IMG/VR virus record: IMGVR_UViG_3300045988_141753
Length of the DNA: 64,000 nucleotides
Direction: 5' to 3' (one strand)
From: a virus
Within the stretch, counting starts at the first letter, position 1. Every line of letters starts with the position of its first letter. Of this stretch, positions 1 to 8,400 are shown one piece after another. The translations under genes and the position numbers were made by a program. A model generated the notes under the pieces. That model saw only the letters and a list, made by a program, of their open reading frames with translations, searched no databases and was not told the DNA's origin.

Positions 1-262
1 GCGATAGCAATGGCAATAACATATTTTTTGCGCCTTATTGTTCTTATGGTATTCTAGGCGACTATTTTAATCCCGTATCAAATAGCTTTACAGAAATGAG
101 ATCCAAAACGATTGAAGCGATCGAGTATGAGCTAAATTAATTTCAAGGGGCGTTTATACGCCCTATATATCCCCTAAAGGCGCATGAGCCTAAAGGGATA
201 CCATAACCATTATTTACACGTTATACAACATACAACTTTAAGACTTTGAGGAGGAATTAACC

Positions 263-586
263 ATGGAGAACATAATAAACACTATTGGCATCAGTACAAA
301 GGACATTAAGAAGGTTTTCACGCCAAAGCAATTTGCAATTATCAAGGATAATTTAAGGGCTTATTTCGTCAATATGGGCTATATCCACATTGAAAAGGCT
401 GACTACGGTAAAGGCTGGTATATTTTCAAGTCTGCTGAGGACGCTAAAAACGGCTCTTATGTGCAGTTTTGCGAAAACATAGACTATTTAAACGGCTGGC
501 TATATGGAGTTGTTCAAGCGGTCAATGGCATTATAAAGGCTAATGGAAATAAGGATAATAATAGATCTATTTTCATGGAGTTCTAG
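263..586 (+). CDS. hypothetical early protein
   Basis: ORF preceded by GAGGAGGA RBS; no motif recognised. Confidence 0.5.
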   Translation: MENIINTIGISTKDIKKVFTPKQFAIIKDNLRAYFVNMGYIHIEKADYGKGWYIFKSAEDAKNGSYVQFCENIDYLNGWLYGVVQAVNGIIKANGNKDNNRSIFMEF

Positions 587-609
587 CACACGAGAGGAGG
601 ATATTTTTT

Positions 610-1341
610 ATGAAGAACATGACAAACACAAAAGCCCTTGCAATTAATGATATAGAGTTATTGACATTTGATGAGGCTGCTGAAATAGCTCTTGACTATA
701 TCAACATAAAGGATCATGATATACTTTTTGTTGATTTTGGCGGCTACTTTGGATACTCTGCACTTGTTTTCAAGAACGAAAAACATATTTACTACGCTAA
801 CGAATATGAGCTACACCATAAATATTTAGTTAAGGAGCAAGGAAAATCAGCTTTAAAGGATCACTATTGCAAGGAATTGAGCAAAAAGCTCTTTACTGAA
901 GCCGAGTTGATGAGCGTTGTAAAGTCATATGACGACTACACCGCAAAATCGTACTACTTGCGAAATTATTGGATCATGCAATTTGATTGTTTATCTTGCT
1001 TTGGAATTGGTGAACAGTGGAAAAAGGAATTTGAGGAAAAGAACAAAATATATAAATACTTTTGCCCGGCTTGCTTCTGCTATGTAAAGAACAATGAAAT
1101 TGTGAAGCGTGCAAATAAAATCTTTGAGCATTTACAAACCGAATTTAACAAGATCAAGTCAAATGATGAAGTATTTAGAAAAATGATAAGCTATGAATTA
1201 GCCAATCATGAGGCTTGTATTACTTGTGATTATGAGCCTGCGTTAGCGGCTTTAAATATGAGTATCAAGGATTTAACGGAAAATCAAATAAAGATCATGC
1301 AAGAGGAATTACACAAGCAGATAGAATATTATAACGCTTAA
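610..1341 (+). CDS. hypothetical protein, Cys-rich
   Basis: 243-aa ORF with a GAGGAGGA RBS and several CxxC pairs; family not recognised. Confidence 0.5.
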   Translation: MKNMTNTKALAINDIELLTFDEAAEIALDYINIKDHDILFVDFGGYFGYSALVFKNEKHIYYANEYELHHKYLVKEQGKSALKDHYCKELSKKLFTEAELMSVVKSYDDYTAKSYYLRNYWIMQFDCLSCFGIGEQWKKEFEEKNKIYKYFCPACFCYVKNNEIVKRANKIFEHLQTEFNKIKSNDEVFRKMISYELANHEACITCDYEPALAALNMSIKDLTENQIKIMQEELHKQIEYYNA

Positions 1342-1479
1342 AACCTATATAATCTTATGATCTGAGGGCGGCTTATATAACCGCCCCATATACTTAAAAT
1401 GACCGCATGAAGTCGTTGAGAGTGCCATATACACGCTTGAAAAGCGAATAAAATATCTGTTTTAAGGAGTGAAATAAAT

Positions 1480-1752
1480 ATGAATACAATCACACACAAA
1501 TTCAACGGAGTAACACGCATAAACATGAGTGATCATGCTATAAAGGGCTTGCGGAGTTATTCGCCGCAAGGACGCCTCTTTGTGGGATATACCTTGTATG
1601 ACTTGCTAAAAGATCTTATATTTGCGTATAGTTGGAAGATTGATAGAGGGTATACAATGACTATCACTGACTTTATTAAACTTTTGCAAAAGCAGAAATA
1701 TATCAAGGCTATTGTATATGGCAATAATATAATCAGACTAATTGAGAGATAA
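1480..1752 (+). CDS. hypothetical protein
   Basis: ORF after AAGGAG RBS. Confidence 0.45.
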   Translation: MNTITHKFNGVTRINMSDHAIKGLRSYSPQGRLFVGYTLYDLLKDLIFAYSWKIDRGYTMTITDFIKLLQKQKYIKAIVYGNNIIRLIER

Positions 1753-1769
1753 TCAAGGAGGAATTAACC

Positions 1770-2021
1770 ATGACAAGAGAAGAAATGATTAAGACTATCA
1801 TAAGAATGTACAATGAGACAGCGGAAGCACTTGAGCAAGCAGACAGGGAATATAATAACGATAAAAAGAACACTAAAAAGCGTGAAGTTTATCGTTATGT
1901 AGCTGCTCAAGAAGCGATCTTAAATGACCTATGCTATGAGTTGGAAATAGATGATCTTATTGACGATGGTCTTGACGAAATAGATGATTTTATTGACGAT
2001 GGTTTTGACGATGAGGATTAA
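1770..2021 (+). CDS. hypothetical protein with extremely acidic C-terminus
   Basis: AAGGAGGA RBS; C-terminal DDLIDDGLDEIDDFIDDGFDDED. Confidence 0.55.
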   Translation: MTREEMIKTIIRMYNETAEALEQADREYNNDKKNTKKREVYRYVAAQEAILNDLCYELEIDDLIDDGLDEIDDFIDDGFDDED

Positions 2022-2134
2022 TTAACAGAGGGGACAACTCCCCTCTTATATACTCGAAGCAAGGGAGATACTTGTGAGGAGTACCATGTAAGAATACATA
2101 TGGAAACGGAATTTTTTAAGGAGGTAATTTAACT

Positions 2135-2350
2135 ATGACAGTACAAGAATTTATGGAAATGTTCATTGATCCTGATGCACAACACATTCAGATATGGTCG
2201 GACGCTGAGGAGAAAATTGTTTATGACGGAGATTACGGAGATGTTCCGGAGCATATGAATTGTGCGGAAGTATCGAGCATTGATAACGTTTATGCTGATA
2301 ATAAGGGCGTTATCTGTTTGAATGTTTGGGAGATTTTAAGCCGTATCTGA
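2135..2350 (+). CDS. hypothetical acidic protein
   Basis: AAGGAGG RBS; ORF in the same direction as its neighbours. Confidence 0.5.
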   Translation: MTVQEFMEMFIDPDAQHIQIWSDAEEKIVYDGDYGDVPEHMNCAEVSSIDNVYADNKGVICLNVWEILSRI

Positions 2351-2376
2351 TGACAAGGCAAATGCGGTAAAAATTA

Positions 2377-2688
2377 ATGAAAGGATTTTTATTTATGAAA
2401 CTTACAATTAATGAAGGACTTAAAAGATTTTTTGTAGAAACAAATGCTTATAATTTTGTTGCGTTTGTAGACGATGAAGGAAAAGCTTATCCTGTTTTTA
2501 CTTTTGATGATAAGAATGGTAAGGAATGGGACGAACTTAACATGACACTCATGGCTGCGAAGAATGGCAATTATAGTGGTATTGAGGGCTGTAGAGATGC
2601 TTATGAAGTTTGTGCCGATGTAGATGGAGACACATCTAAAATATTTAATTTTGATGAAGATGAATATGAGAATGTAACTGAGTTCTAA
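2377..2688 (+). CDS. hypothetical acidic protein
   Basis: ORF in the track; the start could instead be the ATG at 2395. Confidence 0.45.
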   Translation: MKGFLFMKLTINEGLKRFFVETNAYNFVAFVDDEGKAYPVFTFDDKNGKEWDELNMTLMAAKNGNYSGIEGCRDAYEVCADVDGDTSKIFNFDEDEYENVTEF

Positions 2689-2733
2689 AAAAACAAAATA
2701 AAATAAAACCATACTTTTAAGGAGGAATTTAAA

Positions 2734-2946
2734 ATGACAGAAAAGCAGAATAACATGGTAGTACAGCACCCTGATAAGCGTCTTATGGAGCGTATTAGAT
2801 CGTTGGAACGGAACGAGCGTATTAGATTACATATCGCACAAATGAAGTGTAACGGCTATACTGATAATGAGTGCAAAACGTGGTTAATAAAAATAGCCAT
2901 ACTGTCCGATTTTATGGACGTTTTCGACAAAATTCTAGTTGACTAA
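2734..2946 (+). CDS. hypothetical protein
   Basis: AAGGAGGA RBS upstream. Confidence 0.5.
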   Translation: MTEKQNNMVVQHPDKRLMERIRSLERNERIRLHIAQMKCNGYTDNECKTWLIKIAILSDFMDVFDKILVD

Positions 2947-2991
2947 TGAGGAATTTTGTGGTATAATTAATTAAACAAAGGAGAAATTTGT

Positions 2992-3519
2992 ATGAAATAT
3001 GGAATTTTCGAGTCAAGAGTAGAGTTAAGGAAGCTCCCTGAGAGATTGTTTGATATAGTTTCTTTGTGTGAAAACATAGGAAACCCTATTAAGATCTATG
3101 ATAGCGAGGTGGAAGCTTTAGCAGAATTGAAGAAATATCATTCAGATATTATAAACATAACTAATTTTACAGTGTTTTCAACAAGGCGTTTTTTTAGATG
3201 TGAAGTCTATTTCGTTGCTGAATGTGAAAAGATAAACGAGGACGAGGGCGAGACTATCGAAAACCTAATTAACGGAGACGGCATTGAAACCGCACCGCTG
3301 GAGCGTGAGATTAGCTTATCTCTTGCTGAGTTCAAAGTTGACGGAAAAACTATCAAAGGCAGTAAGCTTGAGGGCAGTTATGAACCAATCTATATAGCTA
3401 CAACACCCGATGACTTACAGTGTTATTTTAAAGAAGCATATCCCGATGAGGATATTGTATACAATATCAGAAATAATGAAGAAACTTATGACGAGTATGA
3501 GTTGGACGAGGAGGAATAA
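2992..3519 (+). CDS. hypothetical protein, acidic C-terminal tail
   Basis: AAGGAGA RBS; ends YDEYELDEEE. Confidence 0.5.
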   Translation: MKYGIFESRVELRKLPERLFDIVSLCENIGNPIKIYDSEVEALAELKKYHSDIINITNFTVFSTRRFFRCEVYFVAECEKINEDEGETIENLINGDGIETAPLEREISLSLAEFKVDGKTIKGSKLEGSYEPIYIATTPDDLQCYFKEAYPDEDIVYNIRNNEETYDEYELDEEE

Positions 3520-3522
3520 TCA

Positions 3523-3798
3523 ATGTTACTTGCTACAATAATTTTGCTTATTATCTATTTGTGGGTAAACCACAGCGAAAATAAGCGGAGAGAAATTAAC
3601 AGAAAATACAATCCAATTGGAGCTTTTGACAAAGCTCAAAAGATTTATGATGACGCCTTTTATAAGGCTATTGATGAGGGTAGAAGTCTTACGCTTGAGG
3701 AACGAAAAGAACTGGATAAGCAATGGCATAAAACCTATAGCCAAGAGTTGGCTTATCGAGAGAAAATGTGGGCTAAGATACCTGACAATAAGAAGTAA
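3523..3798 (+). CDS. hypothetical membrane-anchored protein
   Basis: N-terminal hydrophobic helix LLATIILLIIYLWV; starts 4 nt after the previous stop. Confidence 0.5.
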   Translation: MLLATIILLIIYLWVNHSENKRREINRKYNPIGAFDKAQKIYDDAFYKAIDEGRSLTLEERKELDKQWHKTYSQELAYREKMWAKIPDNKK

Positions 3799-3821
3799 TA
3801 TAATATAATAGGAGATAAAAC

Positions 3822-4376
3822 ATGAAAGTTGCAGTTGAAAACGAGACAATCAAGGTAAACAGTCCGTATAACAAGAGCTTTGTCGCAGGGGCAAAGCAGA
3901 TACAGGGCAAGTGGAACGCCCCTTGCTGGGTCTTCCCAGAGGAGAACAAGGAAGCTGTCAAGGCGTTACTCATCGAATGCTATGGTGAATGCGGAGAACT
4001 TGGTGCGGTTAGCACTGTCACAGTAGATCTTGACCTCGACACTTATACTGAGGGTTACGAGGACGGAGAAATCAGAGTTGGCTCAATCGTTGTTCTGAAA
4101 AGACTTTATCGTGACAGAGAGGTTATTTTCTCCGACAATGCAATGCTTATAAACGGTGGCTTTGCCACTTCGGGTGGCTCTGCCAAAAGTCCTAGAATAG
4201 CGGCTGATAAGAACACAATCGTTCGTGTAAAAGGTGTTCCTGAAACGATTTATAGCAAAATCAAAGACCACGAGGGCGTTAAACTCGTATCTGATATAGA
4301 CGTGGAAAGCTTAAAAGTGGAGCGTGAAAAGCTTCTTAAAAGACTTGCAGAAATAGACAGTTTACTTGCAATATGA
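3822..4376 (+). CDS. hypothetical protein
   Basis: 184-aa ORF after a GGAGA RBS; coiled-coil C-terminus. Confidence 0.5.
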   Translation: MKVAVENETIKVNSPYNKSFVAGAKQIQGKWNAPCWVFPEENKEAVKALLIECYGECGELGAVSTVTVDLDLDTYTEGYEDGEIRVGSIVVLKRLYRDREVIFSDNAMLINGGFATSGGSAKSPRIAADKNTIVRVKGVPETIYSKIKDHEGVKLVSDIDVESLKVEREKLLKRLAEIDSLLAI

Positions 4377-4413
4377 AAGCGATTGTGTGTATAAAACTAA
4401 TATAATAAATATA

Positions 4414-4455
4414 AATACTCCTATTAATCACATTGATTGATAGGAGTATTTCTTT
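4414..4455 (+). terminator. intrinsic terminator
   Basis: 11-bp stem AATACTCCTAT/ATAGGAGTATT followed by a T-rich tail. Confidence 0.6.
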
Positions 4456-4484
4456 ATGTAGGAATAAATATAGGAGGAATAAAT

Positions 4485-4745
4485 ATGAAAAATGAAAATA
4501 CGAATACATTACTTTTTGTGAAAATGCTAGACAACGATCGTAAAGAAGAGCTACGGAAGATAGAGGAAGAACAAGATTATAATATGCGGAAGGCATATTT
4601 AAAAGCAAAACGCCGTCAAAGGCTCAGAGAAGAACGCCAGAGAAAAGTTAGAATGATAGTGAAGAACGTTGTCTATGGTGGTTTTGGCTTGCTCTTTACA
4701 AGCGTTATGTTGATAGCAGGAATAATATTTACATTGTGTATATGA
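4485..4745 (+). CDS. tail-anchored membrane protein, basic coiled-coil
   Basis: ATG at 4485 after a GGAGGA RBS (the track ORF starts earlier, at 4437); C-terminal TM helix GGFGLLFTSVMLIAGIIFTLCI. Confidence 0.55.
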   Translation: MKNENTNTLLFVKMLDNDRKEELRKIEEEQDYNMRKAYLKAKRRQRLREERQRKVRMIVKNVVYGGFGLLFTSVMLIAGIIFTLCI

Positions 4746-4754
4746 TGGGAGTGA

Positions 4755-5615
4755 ATGAAAATGAATATTAGTACGGCTCAAACTTGCAAAATTTTCGATT
4801 TATCGGATAGACTTCTGACAGGAATACAGATAACAAAACAGCCAAAGCGAAAAAAAGGTCATAGAAATGCTATTACAAAACATACGGCAAGCAGGCAGAA
4901 GTCTGCAAGCTGGTTCAGACCTGATGATCTAAATGTGATTTTGGAAGATTTGTTTCAGAGTAAAAAATATTTTAAGGCAAATATTATAATTTTTGCTTGC
5001 AACTCAGGCTATCGTTACGGAGATATAATGACCTTGAGGGTCAAGGATTTAACCGATAACAACGGCAAAATTGTAGATTACTTGACATTACAAGAGGACA
5101 AGACGGACAAATGGAGAACGGCATGGCTTTGTGATACTGTGAAGAAAATGCTGAGTTTTATAATCAAGTATTATGGACTTGACCCAGAAGATTATATTTT
5201 TCAGAGTGGAGAACGTAAGAGGAAGTATATTGAGGACATTTTCTTGAATGAGGACGGAGAAGAAGAAATTATATATACTAATGAGAAGTATGATTGGAAC
5301 GGCAGACTACTCAGAATAGCTCCTATGGAACTTAATTCCGTTACAACATTTCTAAAGAATATAACCGCCAAACACGGCATAGAAGGTAAATATAGCACTC
5401 ACAGCTTTAGGCAGACACATTCCGTTTATATTAGTTGTATTCAAAAAGGCAGTGAAGATGTTATTAGAGATTTGCGTATTGCCTGTCAGAGCTTAGGACA
5501 TTCTGATTTGAGGATAACTGAGCAACATTATAGTGGCTGCGATAGCAGACTCGTAAAAGAGCAAATGTTAAAAATGGAAGTGGGCAAGGAAGTTGTGGAT
5601 AAGTATGTAAAATAA
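4755..5615 (+). CDS. tyrosine recombinase / integrase family
   Basis: Catalytic-type residues are present: R in SGYRYGD, HSFRQT (HxxR), LGHSD, and Y in TEQHY. Confidence 0.8.
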   Translation: MKMNISTAQTCKIFDLSDRLLTGIQITKQPKRKKGHRNAITKHTASRQKSASWFRPDDLNVILEDLFQSKKYFKANIIIFACNSGYRYGDIMTLRVKDLTDNNGKIVDYLTLQEDKTDKWRTAWLCDTVKKMLSFIIKYYGLDPEDYIFQSGERKRKYIEDIFLNEDGEEEIIYTNEKYDWNGRLLRIAPMELNSVTTFLKNITAKHGIEGKYSTHSFRQTHSVYISCIQKGSEDVIRDLRIACQSLGHSDLRITEQHYSGCDSRLVKEQMLKMEVGKEVVDKYVK

Positions 5616-5639
5616 AAAGGGACTTTTAAAAGTCCCTTT
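5616..5639. terminator. bidirectional hairpin between convergent genes
   Basis: AAAGGGACTT-TTAA-AAGTCCCTTT perfect palindrome. Confidence 0.6.
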
Positions 5640-5970
5640 AGCGTTTCTTGTGGCGTTCTTTACTCCTCTGTACTGCTAGAGCATTTTTAGATTGATTAAC
5701 CTTGTATTGAGGTCTGTTGCGTGGGAGATAGGCTTTCACAACATTAACGTTCATATTCATTAAGTTGGCAATCTCATTAGCCGACTTCCCTTCTTTGTGG
5801 TATTGAGTGATTTTGGCGTGGGTATTATTAACTATAATACCTAAACTAGAAAGACTTTTCATAACTCTTTGCCACGAGATACCGAGTTTAATAGCAACTC
5901 CTCTTACGGATTTAATTGAGTTCCAGTATGATAATATTTCTTGGTCTGTTATTGATTTAATTTCGGACAT
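5638..5970 (-). CDS. small DNA-binding protein with two HTH-like segments
   Basis: VRGVAIKLGISWQRV and SANEIANLMNMNVNVVKAYL look like Hin/resolvase-type HTH segments. The gene lies directly downstream of the toxin gene. Confidence 0.55.
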   Translation of the reverse strand: MSEIKSITDQEILSYWNSIKSVRGVAIKLGISWQRVMKSLSSLGIIVNNTHAKITQYHKEGKSANEIANLMNMNVNVVKAYLPRNRPQYKVNQSKNALAVQRSKERHKKR

Positions 5971-5987
5971 AAGAATACCTCTTTTGT

Positions 5988-6476
5988 TTAATTGTTAATT
6001 TCGTCTAATAGTTTTCTTTTAACATCGGTAATATGCTGACGGAAGAAATTTGGATTAGCATTTTCATAACTTAAAATTCTTTGGAGCTTATATTTCAGAG
6101 CAGACAGAAGATTATTGTTTTCAATGACATATTGTTGTTTATCATAGCCCTCATAAATTCTGTCTATGTAGACATCTGTTACAGGAAAAGCATCACTAAT
6201 AAAGAAAATAGATTTGGTGGTTGTCTTGCCAATGTGATAAAAGCAAGAAGCAATATTTCTTGGATCTTTGTTTATATAGGAATAAATACGATTAATAGCT
6301 TTAGTGTCACGATGATTTACTTTGCCTACAGGTATTGCCCAATACAATTTGGAATTTTCGGTGGACTTAATCAAACAAACAATGGGTCTTTCCTTGCAAT
6401 CATTCCAAGTTCCTCCTACATCTCGAATAAGTTGATAATAGTCGGGTGTAATAAAGTACATACCATGTTCCGTCAT
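5988..6476 (-). CDS. type III toxin-antitoxin toxin (ToxN/AbiQ/CptN-like endoribonuclease)
   Basis: 162-aa ORF placed immediately after a tandem-repeat RNA locus and a terminator. The N-terminus (YFITPDYYQLI ... RPIVCLI ... LYWAIP) resembles ToxN/AbiQ-type toxins, as recalled from memory. Confidence 0.7.
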   Translation of the reverse strand: MTEHGMYFITPDYYQLIRDVGGTWNDCKERPIVCLIKSTENSKLYWAIPVGKVNHRDTKAINRIYSYINKDPRNIASCFYHIGKTTTKSIFFISDAFPVTDVYIDRIYEGYDKQQYVIENNNLLSALKYKLQRILSYENANPNFFRQHITDVKRKLLDEINN

Positions 6477-6503
6477 ATTTTGACACTCCTAATACAAAAA
6501 AAT

Positions 6504-6538
6504 ATGCTGTCACTTCAGATTAACCAAAATGACAGCAT
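6504..6538 (-). terminator. intrinsic terminator between antitoxin repeats and toxin
   Basis: Stem ATGCTGTC/GACAGCAT followed by a U-run on the minus strand (A-run at 6495-6502 on plus). Confidence 0.75.
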
Positions 6539-6540
6539 CA

Positions 6541-6668
6541 CTACAATGTTTCTGTGTCGCACACTGCGAAGCGTAAATTGAATACTACAATGTTACTTTG
6601 CCGTACATTGTGAAACGTAATTGTATCTACAATGTTTCTGTGTCGCACATTGCGAAGCGTAAATTAGA
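6541..6668 (-). ncRNA. type III antitoxin RNA, three tandem repeats of 42-44 nt
   Basis: Repeats start at 6541, 6585 and 6627 (CTACAATGTT...). The first and third differ at 1 of 39 aligned positions; the middle one has diverged. Confidence 0.75.
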
Positions 6669-6697
6669 GATGATAGAGATAATCTTTCATCATTTAT

Positions 6698-6726
6698 AGT
6701 ATAGCATACTATACTCATTTTGTCAA
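6698..6726 (-). promoter_or_regulatory. sigma-70-type promoter of the type III TA locus
   Basis: Minus strand reads TTGACA, 17-nt spacer, TATACT. Confidence 0.65.
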
Positions 6727-6752
6727 TACTATTTTGTGGAACTTTGTAAAAT

Positions 6753-7112
6753 TTATTCGTTAGTTTGTGACAAGTCACCCTGCTCGCCAACATCTTTTTT
6801 TTCTTTAGGTTTCTTTTCTTTGGTTTTAAATGAAAATGCAAAACCAATTATGCCAATGGAGAAAATTAATGAGCCAGTGGATATGAAAATTACTCTCTCA
6901 ATTTTCGCAGCGGCTATTTTACCGCTGACAAGTGAAGCTCCTATGATATAGTTGTAAGCGTCACCGCCAACATATTCGTCAATGGCACTATACTTGTCAC
7001 CTTCCAAAATTGAAAATGTGGTTAAATTTTTGCTTGGAATTTTTGTTGTATAACCTATCACAAATAGTGTTATTCCTATTGCAATCACAAGAATGGAACA
7101 AATTTTCTTCAT
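6753..7112 (-). CDS. small membrane protein
   Basis: N-terminal and C-terminal hydrophobic helices, with a basic/acidic tail. Confidence 0.55.
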   Translation of the reverse strand: MKKICSILVIAIGITLFVIGYTTKIPSKNLTTFSILEGDKYSAIDEYVGGDAYNYIIGASLVSGKIAAAKIERVIFISTGSLIFSIGIIGFAFSFKTKEKKPKEKKDVGEQGDLSQTNE

Positions 7113-7134
7113 GGTGTTACCTCCTGTTTTATGA

Positions 7135-7800
7135 TTATCTACTACGATAATCGTTTATAAGACTATTGTTGTTTTCAATAGAACTTTGATTATTAGATAT
7201 ACAAGTGTTATAATAATCAATATTACTTTGACTTTCTGATATAAGTTCATTGTATACGTCAACAACTCTTTGGCAATCGTCTAAGTGAGATTGAGCCTTT
7301 GAAACTGCTTCGGAGTCAACTTCTGTAGTCCAACCGCCATCACCATAAACTTTAACCATTTTCTTATTGGCGTTTTCAAGCTGTATTTTAGCCTCTTCAA
7401 CATCATCTTCGGCATCCGATTTGTAGATTTCATAGATGGAAATATCAGATTGCTCATTGTTTATTTCGTTCTGATAGGTGGAGATTTCACTCTGTAGGCG
7501 ATTATTTTCTTGCTCTAAAGCACTTATTTCAGAACTATAATCATGCGTGGTAGTTGTAGTTGTAGTTGTCGTTGTGGTTGTAGTCGTTGTGGTAGTAGTT
7601 GATGATTTGGAAGTGGTTGTGGTAGTTGATGGTTTAGTTGTTGTCAAAGTATGAGAAGTTGTTGTGGGAGTGGTGGTTGTTGTACTTGTTGTAGTGGTAG
7701 TGAAATTACTGTCAGATATGGAACTTGTTGTTTTACTATTACATGAGGACAATGCTAATATTGTCATGAGTGAAATAAGAATTAATTTTATTTTGCTCAT
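7135..7800 (-). CDS. lipoprotein with poly-Thr linker and coiled-coil domain
   Basis: Signal peptide with lipobox LSSC, long T-rich tract, then heptad-like repeats. Confidence 0.65.
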   Translation of the reverse strand: MSKIKLILISLMTILALSSCNSKTTSSISDSNFTTTTTSTTTTTPTTTSHTLTTTKPSTTTTTSKSSTTTTTTTTTTTTTTTTTTHDYSSEISALEQENNRLQSEISTYQNEINNEQSDISIYEIYKSDAEDDVEEAKIQLENANKKMVKVYGDGGWTTEVDSEAVSKAQSHLDDCQRVVDVYNELISESQSNIDYYNTCISNNQSSIENNNSLINDYRSR

Positions 7801-7976
7801 TTTTTATTTCCTCCAATTTCTAAGATTAATTAGAATTACTTTTAATAAAAAATTTTTAGCATATTTTAGGCTGAAAATCAAGATTTAGGGTTTAAGTGTA
7901 ATATCTCAGAAACTAAAATTGTGTATTTCAACAAAAAATACGCTAGAATTTTGTGAAAGATTTTTATTTTTAAGTG

Positions 7977-8005
7977 TTGACTTCACCTTGACACTTTGAT
8001 ATAAT
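7977..8005 (+). promoter_or_regulatory. sigma-70-type promoter
   Basis: TTGACT, 17-nt spacer, TATAAT. Confidence 0.65.
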
Positions 8006-8038
8006 GAAATCAAGATAGTAGAAAGAAGGTGTTTTGTT

Positions 8039-8179
8039 ATTAAACAAGTTCCAATTCGTATTGATGACGAGCTTCATAAAAAATTAAAAATCATCACCAT
8101 AAAGAATGATACTACAATCCAAAAATTGGTTGAGGATTTTTTAAAAAAGTATGTAGCCGAACATGAACATCAAGAATAA
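8039..8179 (+). CDS. ribbon-helix-helix (CopG/Arc-like) small protein, probable ATT start
   Basis: Translation IKQVPIRIDDELHKKLKIITIKNDTTIQKLVEDFLKKYVAEHEHQE fits a strand-helix-helix pattern. No ATG/GTG/TTG lies in frame after the stop at 7997. The ATT at 8039 sits 9 nt after GAAAGAAGG. Confidence 0.5.
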   Translation: MKQVPIRIDDELHKKLKIITIKNDTTIQKLVEDFLKKYVAEHEHQE

Positions 8180-8182
8180 AAA

Positions 8183-8227
8183 ATATAGTATATTGCCACA
8201 TCTTGCAGGAGGGACAATATACTATAT
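8183..8227 (+). terminator. 13-bp perfect hairpin after the RHH gene
   Basis: ATATAGTATATTG ... CAATATACTATAT; there is no clear T-run. Confidence 0.4.
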
Positions 8228-8252
8228 CTAGGAACAACCACACAAAAGCGAA

Positions 8253-8281
8253 TTGACAAATGGTGATTGTATAACTATATT
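8253..8281 (+). promoter_or_regulatory. sigma-70-type promoter upstream of antirepressor
   Basis: TTGACA, 17-nt spacer, TATATT. Confidence 0.55.
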
Positions 8282-8400
8282 CTATCACATACTTCTGCCT
8301 TTGTCAAGTATTATCTTTAAAGAGGTGGGAGTATTTTTTATGCTTGCAAGCAGGAAATTTCAAACAACAATGTAAATTAAGAACAGAAAGGACAAAGAAA

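Noticed and set aside
1-57. Possible 3' end of an upstream gene (frame ending at the TAG at 55-57)
   Set aside because: Only 18 codons are visible, which is too little to support a call.
6081-6581. 166-aa plus-strand ORF
   Set aside because: It is antisense to the type III toxin gene and runs through the terminator and repeats. The sequence is low-complexity and has no RBS.
6541-6668. Tandem 42-44 nt repeats that could have been a small CRISPR array
   Set aside because: The units are directly adjacent with no unique spacers. A promoter, a terminator and a downstream toxin ORF fit a type III antitoxin RNA instead.
7664-7888. Plus-strand ORF with a poly-Val tract
   Set aside because: It is the antisense reading of the poly-Thr tract of the lipoprotein gene 7135-7800.
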